Notes: generated by a model not told the origin, from the letters alone. Positions 45,598 to 55,355 are shown, counted from the first letter of the stretch. The stretch is 64,000 nt of DNA from Spirochaetales bacterium (GCA_003252395.1 QKEL01000013.1:125698-189697), one strand, 5' to 3'. Program-made: numbers and translations.

Positions 45598-46377
45598 TCA
45601 AGTAGCGGCGTCGGGGTAGGGTATCTCGCCAGAGAAGAGGCGGAGGACGGTAGCGCAGCAGGCGGGCGCGTCGGCGGTTTCCGGCTTGAACAAGAGTTCA
45701 CCGTCGGGTCCGATTCCCTCCACCGTGCCGTCGATCCATTCCCCTTTACCTGGGTCTCCCTGCAGGAAGCGGACGCGCTCGCCCCGATAGAGGAGCAATT
45801 CGCTGACGCGGTCATGCCAGTCTTCCAGGCCGAGCGCCCCGTGAAGCTCACCGAGGTAGGCCTCGAGGAAGCGGTCCTGGTCAGGCGTTTCGCGGTCGGG
45901 AAAGAGGCTTGCCAGGGAGCCGGCCTTATGGGAAATTTCCGGCGGAAAGCGGCGTTGGGCGAGGTTAAAGCCCGTCCCCACGTATAGGGTTCCGCCGTCT
46001 GCCTCGCATAGAATTCCCGAAACCTTTTTGCCCCGTACGAGCACGTCGTTCGGCCATTTAATCCTCGCTTTCTCGCCGGCGGGCAAATATCGGTTAAACG
46101 TTTTGGCGACGGCGAGACCGACCCTGAGCGTGAAGCCGCGTACCGGAGGGCGCCTGAGAAGGGTCGTGCACAAGAGGTTTTCCCCCGCCGCGGCTTCCCA
46201 CGTTCGCCCGTCTATTCGTCCCCTGCCCGCGCTCTGGTAGGCGGCCCGGATGACCGTTCCGTCCGGATAGCCCGCCGCAGAAAGTTCCCGCGCGAGGCGC
46301 ATGGTGGAATCGGTCTGAGCGACATGGAAGACCGGCGCGCCGAAGGGATTATCCAGGAGAAGGGTTTCATATTCCAT
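45598..46377 (-). CDS. birA: Biotin--protein ligase (group I, no HTH)
   Basis: TDSTM, QSAGRGR, IKWPNDV, KVSGIL and GTGFN. The likely start is ATG 46377, 7 nt after TATTAT. Confidence 0.88.
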   Translation of the reverse strand: MEYETLLLDNPFGAPVFHVAQTDSTMRLARELSAAGYPDGTVIRAAYQSAGRGRIDGRTWEAAAGENLLCTTLLRRPPVRGFTLRVGLAVAKTFNRYLPAGEKARIKWPNDVLVRGKKVSGILCEADGGTLYVGTGFNLAQRRFPPEISHKAGSLASLFPDRETPDQDRFLEAYLGELHGALGLEDWHDRVSELLLYRGERVRFLQGDPGKGEWIDGTVEGIGPDGELLFKPETADAPACCATVLRLFSGEIPYPDAAT

Positions 46378-46439
46378 GGCCCGCATAATAGCGTAATTGT
46401 TCATGGGTGGACAATGGCGCTCCGCCCGGCGATTCCCGC

Positions 46440-46471
46440 TTTACATGTCGCGCGAAAACTGCTAATATAAT
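46440..46471 (+). promoter_or_regulatory. sigma70 promoter of tRNA-Gly
   Basis: TTTACA (46440-45), 17 nt, TG-extended TAATAT (46463-68); an overlapping TATAAT lies at 46466-71. Confidence 0.6.
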
Positions 46472-46490
46472 CGGGTAAAGACATATTTCA

Positions 46491-46562
46491 GCGGTAGTCG
46501 TATAACGGCTATTACCCCAGCTTCCCAAGCTGGAGACGAGGGTTCGACTCCCTTCTACCGCT
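46491..46562 (+). tRNA. tRNA-Gly(CCC)
   Basis: Acceptor stem GCGGTAG/CTACCGC, anticodon arm CCAGC-TTCCCAA-GCTGG and T-loop GGTTCGACTCC; CCA is not encoded. Confidence 0.95.
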
Positions 46563-46884
46563 GAGATGTGTCTTTTTGCGTATTAAATACTAATGTTCGT
46601 TATGGGCGGCACGGTTGCCCGCAAAACCGCCAAAGGGTGTCGAACGCCTCAGGGGCGCCGAGCGAAGGCGAGGGAAAGCGGCCAGGGACGGCCGCGACAG
46701 CCCCGCGGCGCGGCCCGGAGAGAGGGCGCAGGAAGCGCCCGAGCGCAGGGCGACTCCCTTCTACCGCTGAGATGTGTCTTTTTGCGTTTTAAACCACATA
46801 TCTGCGAAAAGCGGCACGGTTGCCCGCAAAACCGCCAAAGGGATTCGCGGCATAGCTTCGAGCGCTCGAACGCCCGAGGGGCGC
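46545..46884 (+). repeat. Diverged direct duplication starting at the tRNA-Gly 3' end (att-like scar)
   Basis: 37-bp exact repeat at 46545-46581 / 46751-46787, 32-bp exact repeat at 46606-46637 / 46811-46842, and TCGAACGCC-NN-AGGGGCGC at 46640 / 46866. Confidence 0.85.
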
Positions 46885-46990
46885 GATTTATTGATGCAGT
46901 ACCGCGCACGGTGGCGTATACTGTACCCGAAAGGAATCATCCGTCTTATGGGGTCCGCCGCAGACGGTTGCTTTATTGGAGGGGTTACGC

Positions 46991-47830
46991 ATGACCGCAT
47001 TTCCGCGTTCAAGGGTTTTGGCGACCGTTTCGTTCGTTTTGCTTGCCGCTTTCGCTTTTGCCTCGGGGCCCGACGGGGCCATTCCCGACGGAATAGATGC
47101 CACAGACGGCGTATACGTCGACGAGGCGGGCAGGTACGCCGTAGAATGGGTTAACGAGACCGATCTTCCCGTCGAGCTTTTTACGGTGAGCGACGACGAG
47201 TATTTTGACGGAGAAAACGCAAACGAAAGCGTGGTGGATTGGGACGAAGAATGGATCTATTCCCATTTCACCGTTCTGCCGGGCCAGCGGGCCACGGTGC
47301 GCGCGACCTATGACGAAGCGTACTGGTTCGCGGTCTCGCAAACGTCCTATTGGGGAGAAGAAGACGCGTCCCTGAACTTTCCCGCGGAGGCGCTCGGCTT
47401 TTCCGGCGCCGCATACTTTCCCTTCACCTGGGAACTGATCTCAGACGGGGAATCCTTTCCGTACGTTATCTACATGACTGATGATTCGGCTTATCCGCGC
47501 TATTCCGTGGCGGAATTCGCCAATGAGTACGGGAGTACGGTCCGGCTCTACGCGCGGTACCTGGACGCGGATACCGGCGAGACGAGCGAGGACTTCCGCG
47601 ACCTGGAACCGGGATCTACCTGGACGGTTTCCGTGCGTGACGGCTCGCGTTCGCTGTGGTGGGGCGCCTACGCGGAGGATGAAGGGGAGTCGTTTTCCTA
47701 CTGGGGCAGGGAGACAAAACCCGGCCATGACGAACCCGTCGATTCCTTCCTGAGGCGCATCGCGACGGAGGTAACCCTTCCCGAGGACCAAGCCTTCAAG
47801 TACGATCCCTTTTACATAACCATCGAATAG
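46991..47830 (+). CDS. Secreted acidic, aromatic-rich hypothetical protein with two internal repeats
   Basis: Signal peptide after GGAGGGG; RYAVEWVNE..V.L...SYWG versus RYSVAEFANE..V.L...SYWG. Confidence 0.65.
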   Translation: MTAFPRSRVLATVSFVLLAAFAFASGPDGAIPDGIDATDGVYVDEAGRYAVEWVNETDLPVELFTVSDDEYFDGENANESVVDWDEEWIYSHFTVLPGQRATVRATYDEAYWFAVSQTSYWGEEDASLNFPAEALGFSGAAYFPFTWELISDGESFPYVIYMTDDSAYPRYSVAEFANEYGSTVRLYARYLDADTGETSEDFRDLEPGSTWTVSVRDGSRSLWWGAYAEDEGESFSYWGRETKPGHDEPVDSFLRRIATEVTLPEDQAFKYDPFYITIE

Positions 47831-47852
47831 CCGGGCCCGTCTATTCGCGTTC

Positions 47853-48455
47853 TCAGCCCAGGGTAGCGACGTAGCTCGCGATCCCCGACAGTCCCATGCT
47901 CACGCCGATTGAGGCGACGAAAAGGCCCATGATACGGATCAATACGCCAAGCAGGTTGAACCTGATCAGGGGCTTCGCGATAACGGGGGCGATGAGCATG
48001 GCTCCCAGGTTTACGAGCATCGCGCCCGCCGTGGCGATCACCACCTCCAGGGAACCGTATTGGGCGCTCATGCTAATGACCGCCGTGATGGTCGCGGGGC
48101 CGGCGATGAGGGGGCTCGCGATGGGCACGATGGAAAGGTCGGTAAGCTTCTTGTGGGTGTCCACCTCGAAGAAAACGCCGTTTCTCAATGCGGCGAAGCC
48201 GTACCAGAACACGACGATGCCGCCCACGATCTGGAAAGCGTACAGCTGAACGTGAAAAACCACGCTGAGGATGAAGCTCCCCGTCACCGCGAAGACCACC
48301 AGCATGATGAAGGCGGCGATGCTTGAGCGCACGGAAATGGTCTCGATGTCCTTGAACGTCGCCGTGTCGGGCAGGACGGCGATGACGGCGATCTTGCTTA
48401 CCGGGTTGATTACCGCGATGAAGAATAGCGAAAGGTTGATTATGGTTTCCAGCAT
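47853..48455 (-). CDS. MarC family membrane protein
   Basis: FIAVINPVS, VPIASPLIAGPATITAV and RIMGLFVASIGV. Confidence 0.9.
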   Translation of the reverse strand: MLETIINLSLFFIAVINPVSKIAVIAVLPDTATFKDIETISVRSSIAAFIMLVVFAVTGSFILSVVFHVQLYAFQIVGGIVVFWYGFAALRNGVFFEVDTHKKLTDLSIVPIASPLIAGPATITAVISMSAQYGSLEVVIATAGAMLVNLGAMLIAPVIAKPLIRFNLLGVLIRIMGLFVASIGVSMGLSGIASYVATLG

Positions 48456-48473
48456 ACTATCCAGTATAGGGCA

Positions 48474-49586
48474 TCATTCCGTTTTTCGGTAGCTGAGCAT
48501 CGCCCAGCCGTTGAAACCCAGGGCGAACCCCGCCAGGGCCGCCGCCTCTCCGGCGAGGTCGGCGAAGCCGCTTCCTTTCAGGTACACGGCGCGCAGCACG
48601 GCGATCATGTACCGGAGGGGGCTGAACCGGCTTATCGCCTGGGCCCAGGGCGGCATGCCGGCGGCGGGCGTATAGAGTCCGCTCAGGTAAATCCAGGTAA
48701 TCACGAAAAAGAAAATCATGAACATGGCCTGCTGGAGGGTTTTGGCGTAATTGGAAATGACGAGACCGAACCCGGACATGGCCAGCATGAAAATTCCCGC
48801 GAACCCGTACAGCGTAAGCACGCTCCCCTCGGGCGCTATGCCGTAGGCCACGCGCGCGACGGCCATGGCGGAGGTAAGCGCCACGAAGCCGATAGCCCAG
48901 TGCGGGATAAGCTTCGCGAGGATAAAGTGAAACCGGGTGACGGGGGTCACGTTCATCTGTTCCATGGTGCCCTTTTCCTTTTCTCCGACGATATTCAAGG
49001 CGGGCAGGAAACCGCAGAGCATGGCGAGAAGCATCACGAGCAGCGCCGGTACCATGGCGTAGGTGTATCGGAGCTGGGGATTGAACAGATAGCGCGGCAC
49101 GGTCTCGAACGAGGGCGTTAAGGGGTTCTGCAGGGGCGCGAGTCGCTTCATCCGAACCGTCAGCGCATAGTCCTGGACGATCCCCCCCAGGTAGGAGCTG
49201 CCGAGGCCAGCCCGTATTTGGTTGACCCCGTTCGCCGAGATCATGACCGCGGCCTTCTTTTCCGCGATAAGGCCGCGCTCGAAGCCGGCCGGGATTTCCA
49301 GGATCACGTCGGCGTCCCCCGCGTCCACCGCGGAGCGGGCCTCGCCGTAGCTTTTCGCGTTCCGCTCGAGTATGAAGTAGCCCGACGAAAGCGCCTTTTC
49401 GGCGAGTTCCCGGGACACCTCGCTTTTGTCGGAATCGACCAGGGCGAGGCGCAGGTTTTTCACGTCGAACGTGGCGGCTAGCGGCAGAATCAGCATCACC
49501 ATGACCGGGAACATCACTATGAGCCGCGGCATGAAGGGGTTGCGGCGGATGAGGCGGAATTCCTTTTCCAGAAGATATTTCAGCAT
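48474..49586 (-). CDS. ABC-2 permease (YbhR-like)
   Basis: KEFRLIRR, IVGEKEKGTMEQMNVTP and LSGLYTP. Confidence 0.88.
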   Translation of the reverse strand: MLKYLLEKEFRLIRRNPFMPRLIVMFPVMVMLILPLAATFDVKNLRLALVDSDKSEVSRELAEKALSSGYFILERNAKSYGEARSAVDAGDADVILEIPAGFERGLIAEKKAAVMISANGVNQIRAGLGSSYLGGIVQDYALTVRMKRLAPLQNPLTPSFETVPRYLFNPQLRYTYAMVPALLVMLLAMLCGFLPALNIVGEKEKGTMEQMNVTPVTRFHFILAKLIPHWAIGFVALTSAMAVARVAYGIAPEGSVLTLYGFAGIFMLAMSGFGLVISNYAKTLQQAMFMIFFFVITWIYLSGLYTPAAGMPPWAQAISRFSPLRYMIAVLRAVYLKGSGFADLAGEAAALAGFALGFNGWAMLSYRKTE

Positions 49587-49592
49587 GCTACG

Positions 49593-50699
49593 CTACTCCA
49601 GCCTGGTTTTAAACTGTTTGAGACTCGCGGCCATGAGGGCGCAGGCCATGGCCGCGAGCACGGCGGTCTCTTTCCAAATGGCCGAAAGCCCGGCCCCCTT
49701 AATCATGATTTTCCGCGTCGCCGAGATATACCATTTCGCCGGTATGGCCTGGGCGACGGCCTGGAGGGCGATGGGCATGTTCTCGATCGGAAACATCATC
49801 CCCGAAAGGATCATGATGGGCATCATCAATCCCATGCCCGAGATCAGTAGGGCCACGAACTGTTGCCTCACCATGGAAGAAATGAGGATGCCGAGGGAGA
49901 GGGCGGTAAAAATAAACAGGAGCGAGACGAAAACGAGTAGGGCAAGGCTCCCCGCCACCGGTACGCGAAGCAGGAAAACCGCGAAGGCGATGATCGTCGC
50001 GAGGTTCACGCAGGAAAGCGCGAAATAGGGAACGGTTTTCGCGAGCAGGATCAGGAGGGGATTCACCGGCGACACCAAGAGCACCTCCATGGTGCCCGTT
50101 TCCTTTTCCCGGGTAATGGATATCGAGGTCATCATGGCGCAGATGAGCATGAGTACCATGCCCATAACGCCGGGGACGAAGTTATACGCGCTTTTCATTT
50201 CCGGGTTATAAAGCACCCGCGTGGCCGCGGCGATCTCGTAGGGCATCTCTGCGGTTCCCGAATTGTCCCTCAGCCACGCGCCGGCTATCCCCGTGGCGTA
50301 ATTGACCAGGGTAATGGCGTTGTTCGGGTCGGAACCGTCGGCGACCAAGGCGATCCGCGCGTCGCCGGATCGGAGCATGGATTCGCGGAAATTCGCCGAA
50401 AATTCGACCGCGAGGCCGATTTCCCCGTCGCGGAAGGCCCTATCGGCCTCGTCGCCGTCGGCGAGGTAGCGGTCAAGGGCGAAATACTCGCTGGCCGCCA
50501 GGCGTTCCACGATGGCGCGGGTCGCCTCGTCGCGGGAAGGGTCTATCACCGCGAAGGGCGTGTCCTTCACGTCGGTGTTCATGGCGTACCCGAAGAGGAT
50601 CAGCATGATCACCGGCAGCAGGATGAGAATCGCGGTGGTCCAGGTATCCCGGAGGATGTGGTCGAATTCCTTCTTCACGAAGGCAAAAAACTGTTTCAC
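49593..50699 (-). CDS. ABC-2 permease (YbhS-like)
   Basis: GTG start (VKQFFAFVKKEFDHILRD); ITREKETGTMEVLLVSP and LSGMMFPIENMP. Confidence 0.88.
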   Translation of the reverse strand: MKQFFAFVKKEFDHILRDTWTTAILILLPVIMLILFGYAMNTDVKDTPFAVIDPSRDEATRAIVERLAASEYFALDRYLADGDEADRAFRDGEIGLAVEFSANFRESMLRSGDARIALVADGSDPNNAITLVNYATGIAGAWLRDNSGTAEMPYEIAAATRVLYNPEMKSAYNFVPGVMGMVLMLICAMMTSISITREKETGTMEVLLVSPVNPLLILLAKTVPYFALSCVNLATIIAFAVFLLRVPVAGSLALLVFVSLLFIFTALSLGILISSMVRQQFVALLISGMGLMMPIMILSGMMFPIENMPIALQAVAQAIPAKWYISATRKIMIKGAGLSAIWKETAVLAAMACALMAASLKQFKTRLE

Positions 50700-50710
50700 G
50701 GTACGATCCC

Positions 50711-51448
50711 CTAGTCCGCGCCGCGCGTGGCTTCCCGCGCGAGCCGATGAAACACCGAATCCATGGAATCGCAGCCGAAGCGCTCGCGCAGCGCCTCGGG
50801 CGAGTCGAGCGCGGCGATCCGGCCGTCGACCATGATTGACACCCGGTCGCAATATTCGGCCTCGTCCATGTAGTGGGTGGTGACGAACGCCGTTACGCCC
50901 CGGTTCGCGGCGGCGTATATGAGTTCCCAAAACCGTCTCCTTGCCGCGGGGTCAACCCCGCCGGTGGGCTCGTCCAGGAACACGATGCGCGGCTCGTGAA
51001 AGGTCGCCACGGTGAAGGCGAGCTTTTGCTTCCATCCCGCGGGAAAGGAACCGACGAGCGCGTCCCGTTCGCCGAGCAGTCCCAGGGCCGAAAGCGCCCG
51101 TTCGGTGCGGCCGGAAATCTCGCCTTCCCGCACGCCGTATATGCCTCCGTACAGCCTAATGTTCTCCGCCACGGTCAGTTCGTCGTAAAGCGCGAATTTC
51201 TGGCTCATGTACCCGATTGCCTTCTTCACGCGCTCGGGTTCCCTTCGCACGTCGATTCCCGCCACGGTCAGCGAGCCGGAAGTCGGCCGGGACAGGCCGC
51301 AGAGCATGCGCATGGCGGTTGTCTTACCCGCCCCGTTGGCGCCGAGAAAGCCGAAGATTTCCCCCCGTCTCACGGTGAAGGAGATATGGTCCACCGCGGT
51401 GAACGCGCCGAATTGTTTCGTGAGGCCCTCGGTCTCGATTACGTCCAT
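50711..51448 (-). CDS. ABC ATPase (second half of split YbhF-like)
   Basis: GANGAGKTT, YMSQKFALY, degenerate signature FPAGWKQ and LDEPTGGVDP. Confidence 0.9.
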   Translation of the reverse strand: MDVIETEGLTKQFGAFTAVDHISFTVRRGEIFGFLGANGAGKTTAMRMLCGLSRPTSGSLTVAGIDVRREPERVKKAIGYMSQKFALYDELTVAENIRLYGGIYGVREGEISGRTERALSALGLLGERDALVGSFPAGWKQKLAFTVATFHEPRIVFLDEPTGGVDPAARRRFWELIYAAANRGVTAFVTTHYMDEAEYCDRVSIMVDGRIAALDSPEALRERFGCDSMDSVFHRLAREATRGAD

Positions 51449-52383
51449 ACGCTCTCCTTGCCGCTCCCGGCTGGTAGGGAAAGGTTGAGAAAACAGTCCT
51501 CAACGCTCGCCTCGATCCTACGTACCACCGCGTTTCCGTAGCCGGCTTTCGCCAGGGCCCCGAGTACGCGCTCCGGCGACACGTTTTCCTCGTCGAAGCT
51601 CAGGTGATGCGAGTCGCCGAAGGGAAAGGCCGATCGTACCCCGGGAATGCCGCGAAGCGCCCGTAGCAATCGGTACCGGTCCGCTCCCTTCACCGAGAAG
51701 AGGCTTCCCCGGTACGAGTCGCTCACCGAAGCGGGCGTGTCCGTCTGCAGGAAGCGCCCGTCCCGGATAAGGGCGATACGGTCGCATCGCGCCGCCTCGT
51801 CCATGTAGGGAGTCGAAACGAGGACGGTCATTCCGGTCGCTTTCAGCCGCGCGAGCATGTCCCAAAACTCCTTTCTCGATACCGGGTCTACCCCGGTGGT
51901 CGGCTCGTCGAGAAACAGTACCCGGGGCCGATGGATCAGGGCGCAGGAAAGGGCGAGCTTTTGCTTCATGCCACCCGAAAGGGCGCCCGCCCTGCGGTTT
52001 TTGAAAGGCTCGATTTGCCGGTAAATATCGGCGACGAGATCGTAGTTTTCCTTAATCGTCGTGCCGAACACGGTTGCGAAGAATTCCAGGTTCTCTTCCA
52101 CCGTGAGGTCTTGATAGAGGGAAAACCTTCCCGGCATATAGCCGACCCGCCTGCGGATTTCCCTGAAGTCCTTGACCACGTCCAGGGCGTCTACCCGTGC
52201 GGTGCCGGAATCCGCGAGGAGGACCGTGACGAGAATGCGGAACAGGGTGGTCTTTCCCGCGCCGTCGGGACCGATAATCCCGAAAAGCTCGCCCTCGTTC
52301 ACCGAAAGGTCCACCCCCTTAAGCGCCTGCGCCGACCCGTAGGACCGGGTCAGTCCTTCCGCGCTGACCGCCGCCTCACTCAT
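51439..52383 (-). CDS. ABC ATPase (first half of split YbhF-like)
   Basis: GPDGAGKTT, LSGGMKQKL and LDEPTTGVDP. Confidence 0.9.
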   Translation of the reverse strand: MSEAAVSAEGLTRSYGSAQALKGVDLSVNEGELFGIIGPDGAGKTTLFRILVTVLLADSGTARVDALDVVKDFREIRRRVGYMPGRFSLYQDLTVEENLEFFATVFGTTIKENYDLVADIYRQIEPFKNRRAGALSGGMKQKLALSCALIHRPRVLFLDEPTTGVDPVSRKEFWDMLARLKATGMTVLVSTPYMDEAARCDRIALIRDGRFLQTDTPASVSDSYRGSLFSVKGADRYRLLRALRGIPGVRSAFPFGDSHHLSFDEENVSPERVLGALAKAGYGNAVVRRIEASVEDCFLNLSLPAGSGKESVWT

Positions 52384-53344
52384 GGGAGAATCTCACCGCC
52401 CCGTACATTCCGAGCTTCAGGAAACCGTCGTTATCCACGGCGATTTTCGCGGCGTACACGAGGTTGGACCGTTCGTTCCTCGTTTGGGCGTTTTTGGGGG
52501 TAAACTCCGCCTTGTCCGATATCCAGGAGACGGTGCCCCTATACTCCCGGACCGCCTTCGTTCCGTAATCGGCGTAGACAGTCGCGGCCGAGCCGAGCTT
52601 CACCGCGGTGACGATATCGGCGTCGACATAGGCCCGCAGGTACATGCGATCCAGGTTCGCCACGCGGAAGAGCGCCTTTCCGGGGGTCGCGAGCTCTCCC
52701 GCCTCGGCGTATTTCACGATGAGCGTTCCGTCTACGGGGCTTTTCGCGACGCAGCGGGCGATCTGGTCGTCGAGCTGGGCTATTTGATAGCCCAGGGCGG
52801 ACTGTTCGTCGCCGAGGCTGGCGCGCGAGGAGTCGAGGCTTTCCCGTTGCGCCGCGAGTTGGCGTTCCAGGGTCGCGATTTGGGCTACCGCGTCGTCCAG
52901 CTGTTTGCGGCTGGCGGCTTCGGCGCTTAAGAGCCTTTCTATCCGCTCCTTCTCCCCCCTCGCCGTTTCCAATTGCTGTTCCGTGGCCGCGAGCTGGAGC
53001 GCGATATCGGGTTTCCGGTTCTCGGCGCCGCGAATCTGGGACTCAAGTTGCTTTCGTTTGAGTTCAAGCTGGACCGAGTCGATCCTCGCGACGGCCATCC
53101 CCTCGGAGATCCGCGAGCCCTCTTCCGCGTCAAAGGAGAGGATGCGTCCGGTTGCCTCCGAGGAAACGATGATTTCGGGACTCTCGAAGGTCCCCGAGGC
53201 TTCCGGACCGGGTTCCCGCGCGGCGCATCCGGCGAGGAAGAAAGAAAGGGCCAAAACCGCCCCCGAAAACGCGACGGCGAACGGGCGGCGCGCGGGGAAC
53301 CGGTTCCGTACGGCGGCTCCTTCGGCTAGTGCGATGTTTTTCAT
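52376..53344 (-). CDS. HlyD/YbhG-type membrane fusion lipoprotein
   Basis: LAGC lipobox, ASGTFE, SPVDGT and AEFTPKNAQT...LVY. Confidence 0.9.
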   Translation of the reverse strand: MKNIALAEGAAVRNRFPARRPFAVAFSGAVLALSFFLAGCAAREPGPEASGTFESPEIIVSSEATGRILSFDAEEGSRISEGMAVARIDSVQLELKRKQLESQIRGAENRKPDIALQLAATEQQLETARGEKERIERLLSAEAASRKQLDDAVAQIATLERQLAAQRESLDSSRASLGDEQSALGYQIAQLDDQIARCVAKSPVDGTLIVKYAEAGELATPGKALFRVANLDRMYLRAYVDADIVTAVKLGSAATVYADYGTKAVREYRGTVSWISDKAEFTPKNAQTRNERSNLVYAAKIAVDNDGFLKLGMYGAVRFSHE

Positions 53345-53351
53345 GGGTTCC

Positions 53352-54662
53352 TCACTTATTTAGGGTATCGCCGAGGGCGAATCTCGCCTCGAGCAGTTGG
53401 GTTTCGTGCAGGGCCTTCGCCTGCCGCGCGAGGGCCTCGGCGGTAATGACCCGCAGATAGTCCACGGTGCCGATGGTCCCGCTTTCGAGCTTCGTCTTCG
53501 CGGCGTCCTTCATGCGCTCACGCAGTTCGAGCAACCGGGCGTCCGCGGCGACCAGGGCCTCCAGCCGGGCGATCTCCGCCCGCTTCCCGGCCGCTTCCGT
53601 CTCGACGGACCGGTAAAACGCGTCCCGGTCGGCGGCAATGGAATCTGAATCGGCGTCGACCTTGGCGAGGGTAAACGGCAGGGACCAAAACCCGTCAATG
53701 GACCAACTGAAGCGAACGCCCGCTATCCAGAACGCGGAGGGATCGTCGTCCAGCGCGTTCAGTCCGGGCTTCCCGTACCCCGCTTGGGCGAAGGCCGAAA
53801 GGCGGGGCATGGCCTGGGCGAGCAATTGGGCTTTCTGCGAATCGTTGGCCCGCTCCAGGGCAGAAAACCAGGCCGTCTCGGGCCGGGCAATCCCGTCGGG
53901 CGCTGTCGGAATTCCCACGGGTCCCGCGGCGGTTTCCGGCAGGATGAACCGTTCGCACCCCGTGAATCGGGAACCGGTTAACAGGGAAAGAGTCGCGAGT
54001 AGCGACTGTCGCGCCGAGTCGAGGTTGATTCTCGCCTGTTCCGCGGAAAGCTCCTCCACGCGCACGGAGTCGAGATCGCCCGAGGTCGCTACCCCGTTGT
54101 TTATCCATGCCTCGACGAGTCGTCGGTTTGCGGCGAGTTCCTCCCGGAGCAGCGCGTTTTGCTCCCGTTGCGATTCCACGGTCAGTATCCCGAAATAGGC
54201 GGCGTTAACCCGGGCGCGCAGGCCGTACAGCGTCGTTTCTACCTTGGTCCGGTCCGCTTCGGAGGCCGCCCGCGCGGCTTTCTTCCGGGCGGCGGTAAGC
54301 CCGCCGTCCCAAACGGTTTGGGCTATTTCGGCGGCGATTTGGTATTGGTCGGTATCTGCCTGGGGCAAATCGGGGGAGGGGAGCGGGGCCGGCAGGGCGA
54401 GGTCGATCTTCGTCACGTCGGACTGGTCCGTGTATTTTCCCGATAGGGCAATTTTGGGAAGCCAGGCGGTATTCGCCGCGGAGAGGGAGAGTTTCTCCGA
54501 TCGGTCAATGAGGGAAAGCTTGGATACCGCCGGATAATTGTTTCTGGCCGCTGCCTGGCACCATTCGAGGGTTATCGGCTCGTCGCGCGCGGTTTGGCCG
54601 TGCGTTGCCGCGAGCGCCATGATAAGAAAAAGGGTTACGCAGGCGAGATGGGTCTTTTTCAT
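53352..54662 (-). CDS. TolC-family outer-membrane efflux protein
   Basis: Signal peptide, AARNNYP, IAQTVWDGG and SAFAQAGYG; helical repeats. Confidence 0.85.
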   Translation of the reverse strand: MKKTHLACVTLFLIMALAATHGQTARDEPITLEWCQAAARNNYPAVSKLSLIDRSEKLSLSAANTAWLPKIALSGKYTDQSDVTKIDLALPAPLPSPDLPQADTDQYQIAAEIAQTVWDGGLTAARKKAARAASEADRTKVETTLYGLRARVNAAYFGILTVESQREQNALLREELAANRRLVEAWINNGVATSGDLDSVRVEELSAEQARINLDSARQSLLATLSLLTGSRFTGCERFILPETAAGPVGIPTAPDGIARPETAWFSALERANDSQKAQLLAQAMPRLSAFAQAGYGKPGLNALDDDPSAFWIAGVRFSWSIDGFWSLPFTLAKVDADSDSIAADRDAFYRSVETEAAGKRAEIARLEALVAADARLLELRERMKDAAKTKLESGTIGTVDYLRVITAEALARQAKALHETQLLEARFALGDTLNK

Positions 54663-55279
54663 GGCCGTATGCTCCCCAGGATAATCCTTACGTGTTCATC
54701 CTTGCGATGCTGGGCGAAGGCCCTGAATTCCGCCTCGCCGAGGTCGAATACCTTGGTAATTATTGGCTGTCCCAAAAAAAGCATTGCGTTTAGCGACATT
54801 ACCGTCAGGATCATGTCGGGAGGGGCCATGGGCCTGACCCGACCCGCGGCGATCTCCTCCCGGAGCTGCCTCGAGAAATCGTCGAATACCTTCAGATGGA
54901 GATCGTTTATCATCGTCTTGACGAACTCGATCCGATTCGGATTCCCCGCGAGCTCATTGATGATGAGAAAGGGGAGCCTCGGGTTGGCGGCCATTATATC
55001 GAAATGCGTCTCTACCTTGCGGCGAACCCGTTCCTCGAAGGAATCGCTCTCCTCGTCGATCTTCATGAAGGCGGAAAGGAAAAGGTTGAATTTTTCCCGC
55101 AGCACGGCCTCGACGAGCCGGTCCTTGGTGCGAAAATAGTAATGGACTAACGCTTGGTTACAGCCCGCCTTTTTGGCGATCGCCACCGTGGAGGTCAGGG
55201 CAAAGCCCTTTTCGAGGAACAGTTCTTCCGCGGCCTTGAGAATCTTTTTTTCCCTGTCGATATGGGCTTCCGCCGTCAT
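54659..55279 (-). CDS. TetR/AcrR family regulator
   Basis: AAEELFLEKGFALTSTVAIAKKAGCNQALVHYYFRTK. Confidence 0.92.
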   Translation of the reverse strand: MTAEAHIDREKKILKAAEELFLEKGFALTSTVAIAKKAGCNQALVHYYFRTKDRLVEAVLREKFNLFLSAFMKIDEESDSFEERVRRKVETHFDIMAANPRLPFLIINELAGNPNRIEFVKTMINDLHLKVFDDFSRQLREEIAAGRVRPMAPPDMILTVMSLNAMLFLGQPIITKVFDLGEAEFRAFAQHRKDEHVRIILGSIRP

Positions 55280-55280
55280 A

Positions 55281-55355
55281 TTAATACCCCTATTTAATAG
55301 TGCTATTAAATATCTTAATAACCCTATTAATAGACCATAGACGCACGTACGTCAA
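55281..55355 (-). promoter_or_regulatory. tetR-efflux promoter with palindromic candidate operators
   Basis: TATTTAATAG-TG-CTATTAAATA (55291-55312) and CTATTAATAG (55324-33). On the - strand TTGACG, 17 nt, TATTAA overlaps the second palindrome. Confidence 0.7.

Noticed and set aside
46751-46842. Second tRNA or mini-CRISPR after tRNA-Gly
   Set aside because: Only the 3' 18 nt of the tRNA recur, with no D or anticodon arm. There are only two units and no cas genes, so it is treated as an att-like duplication.
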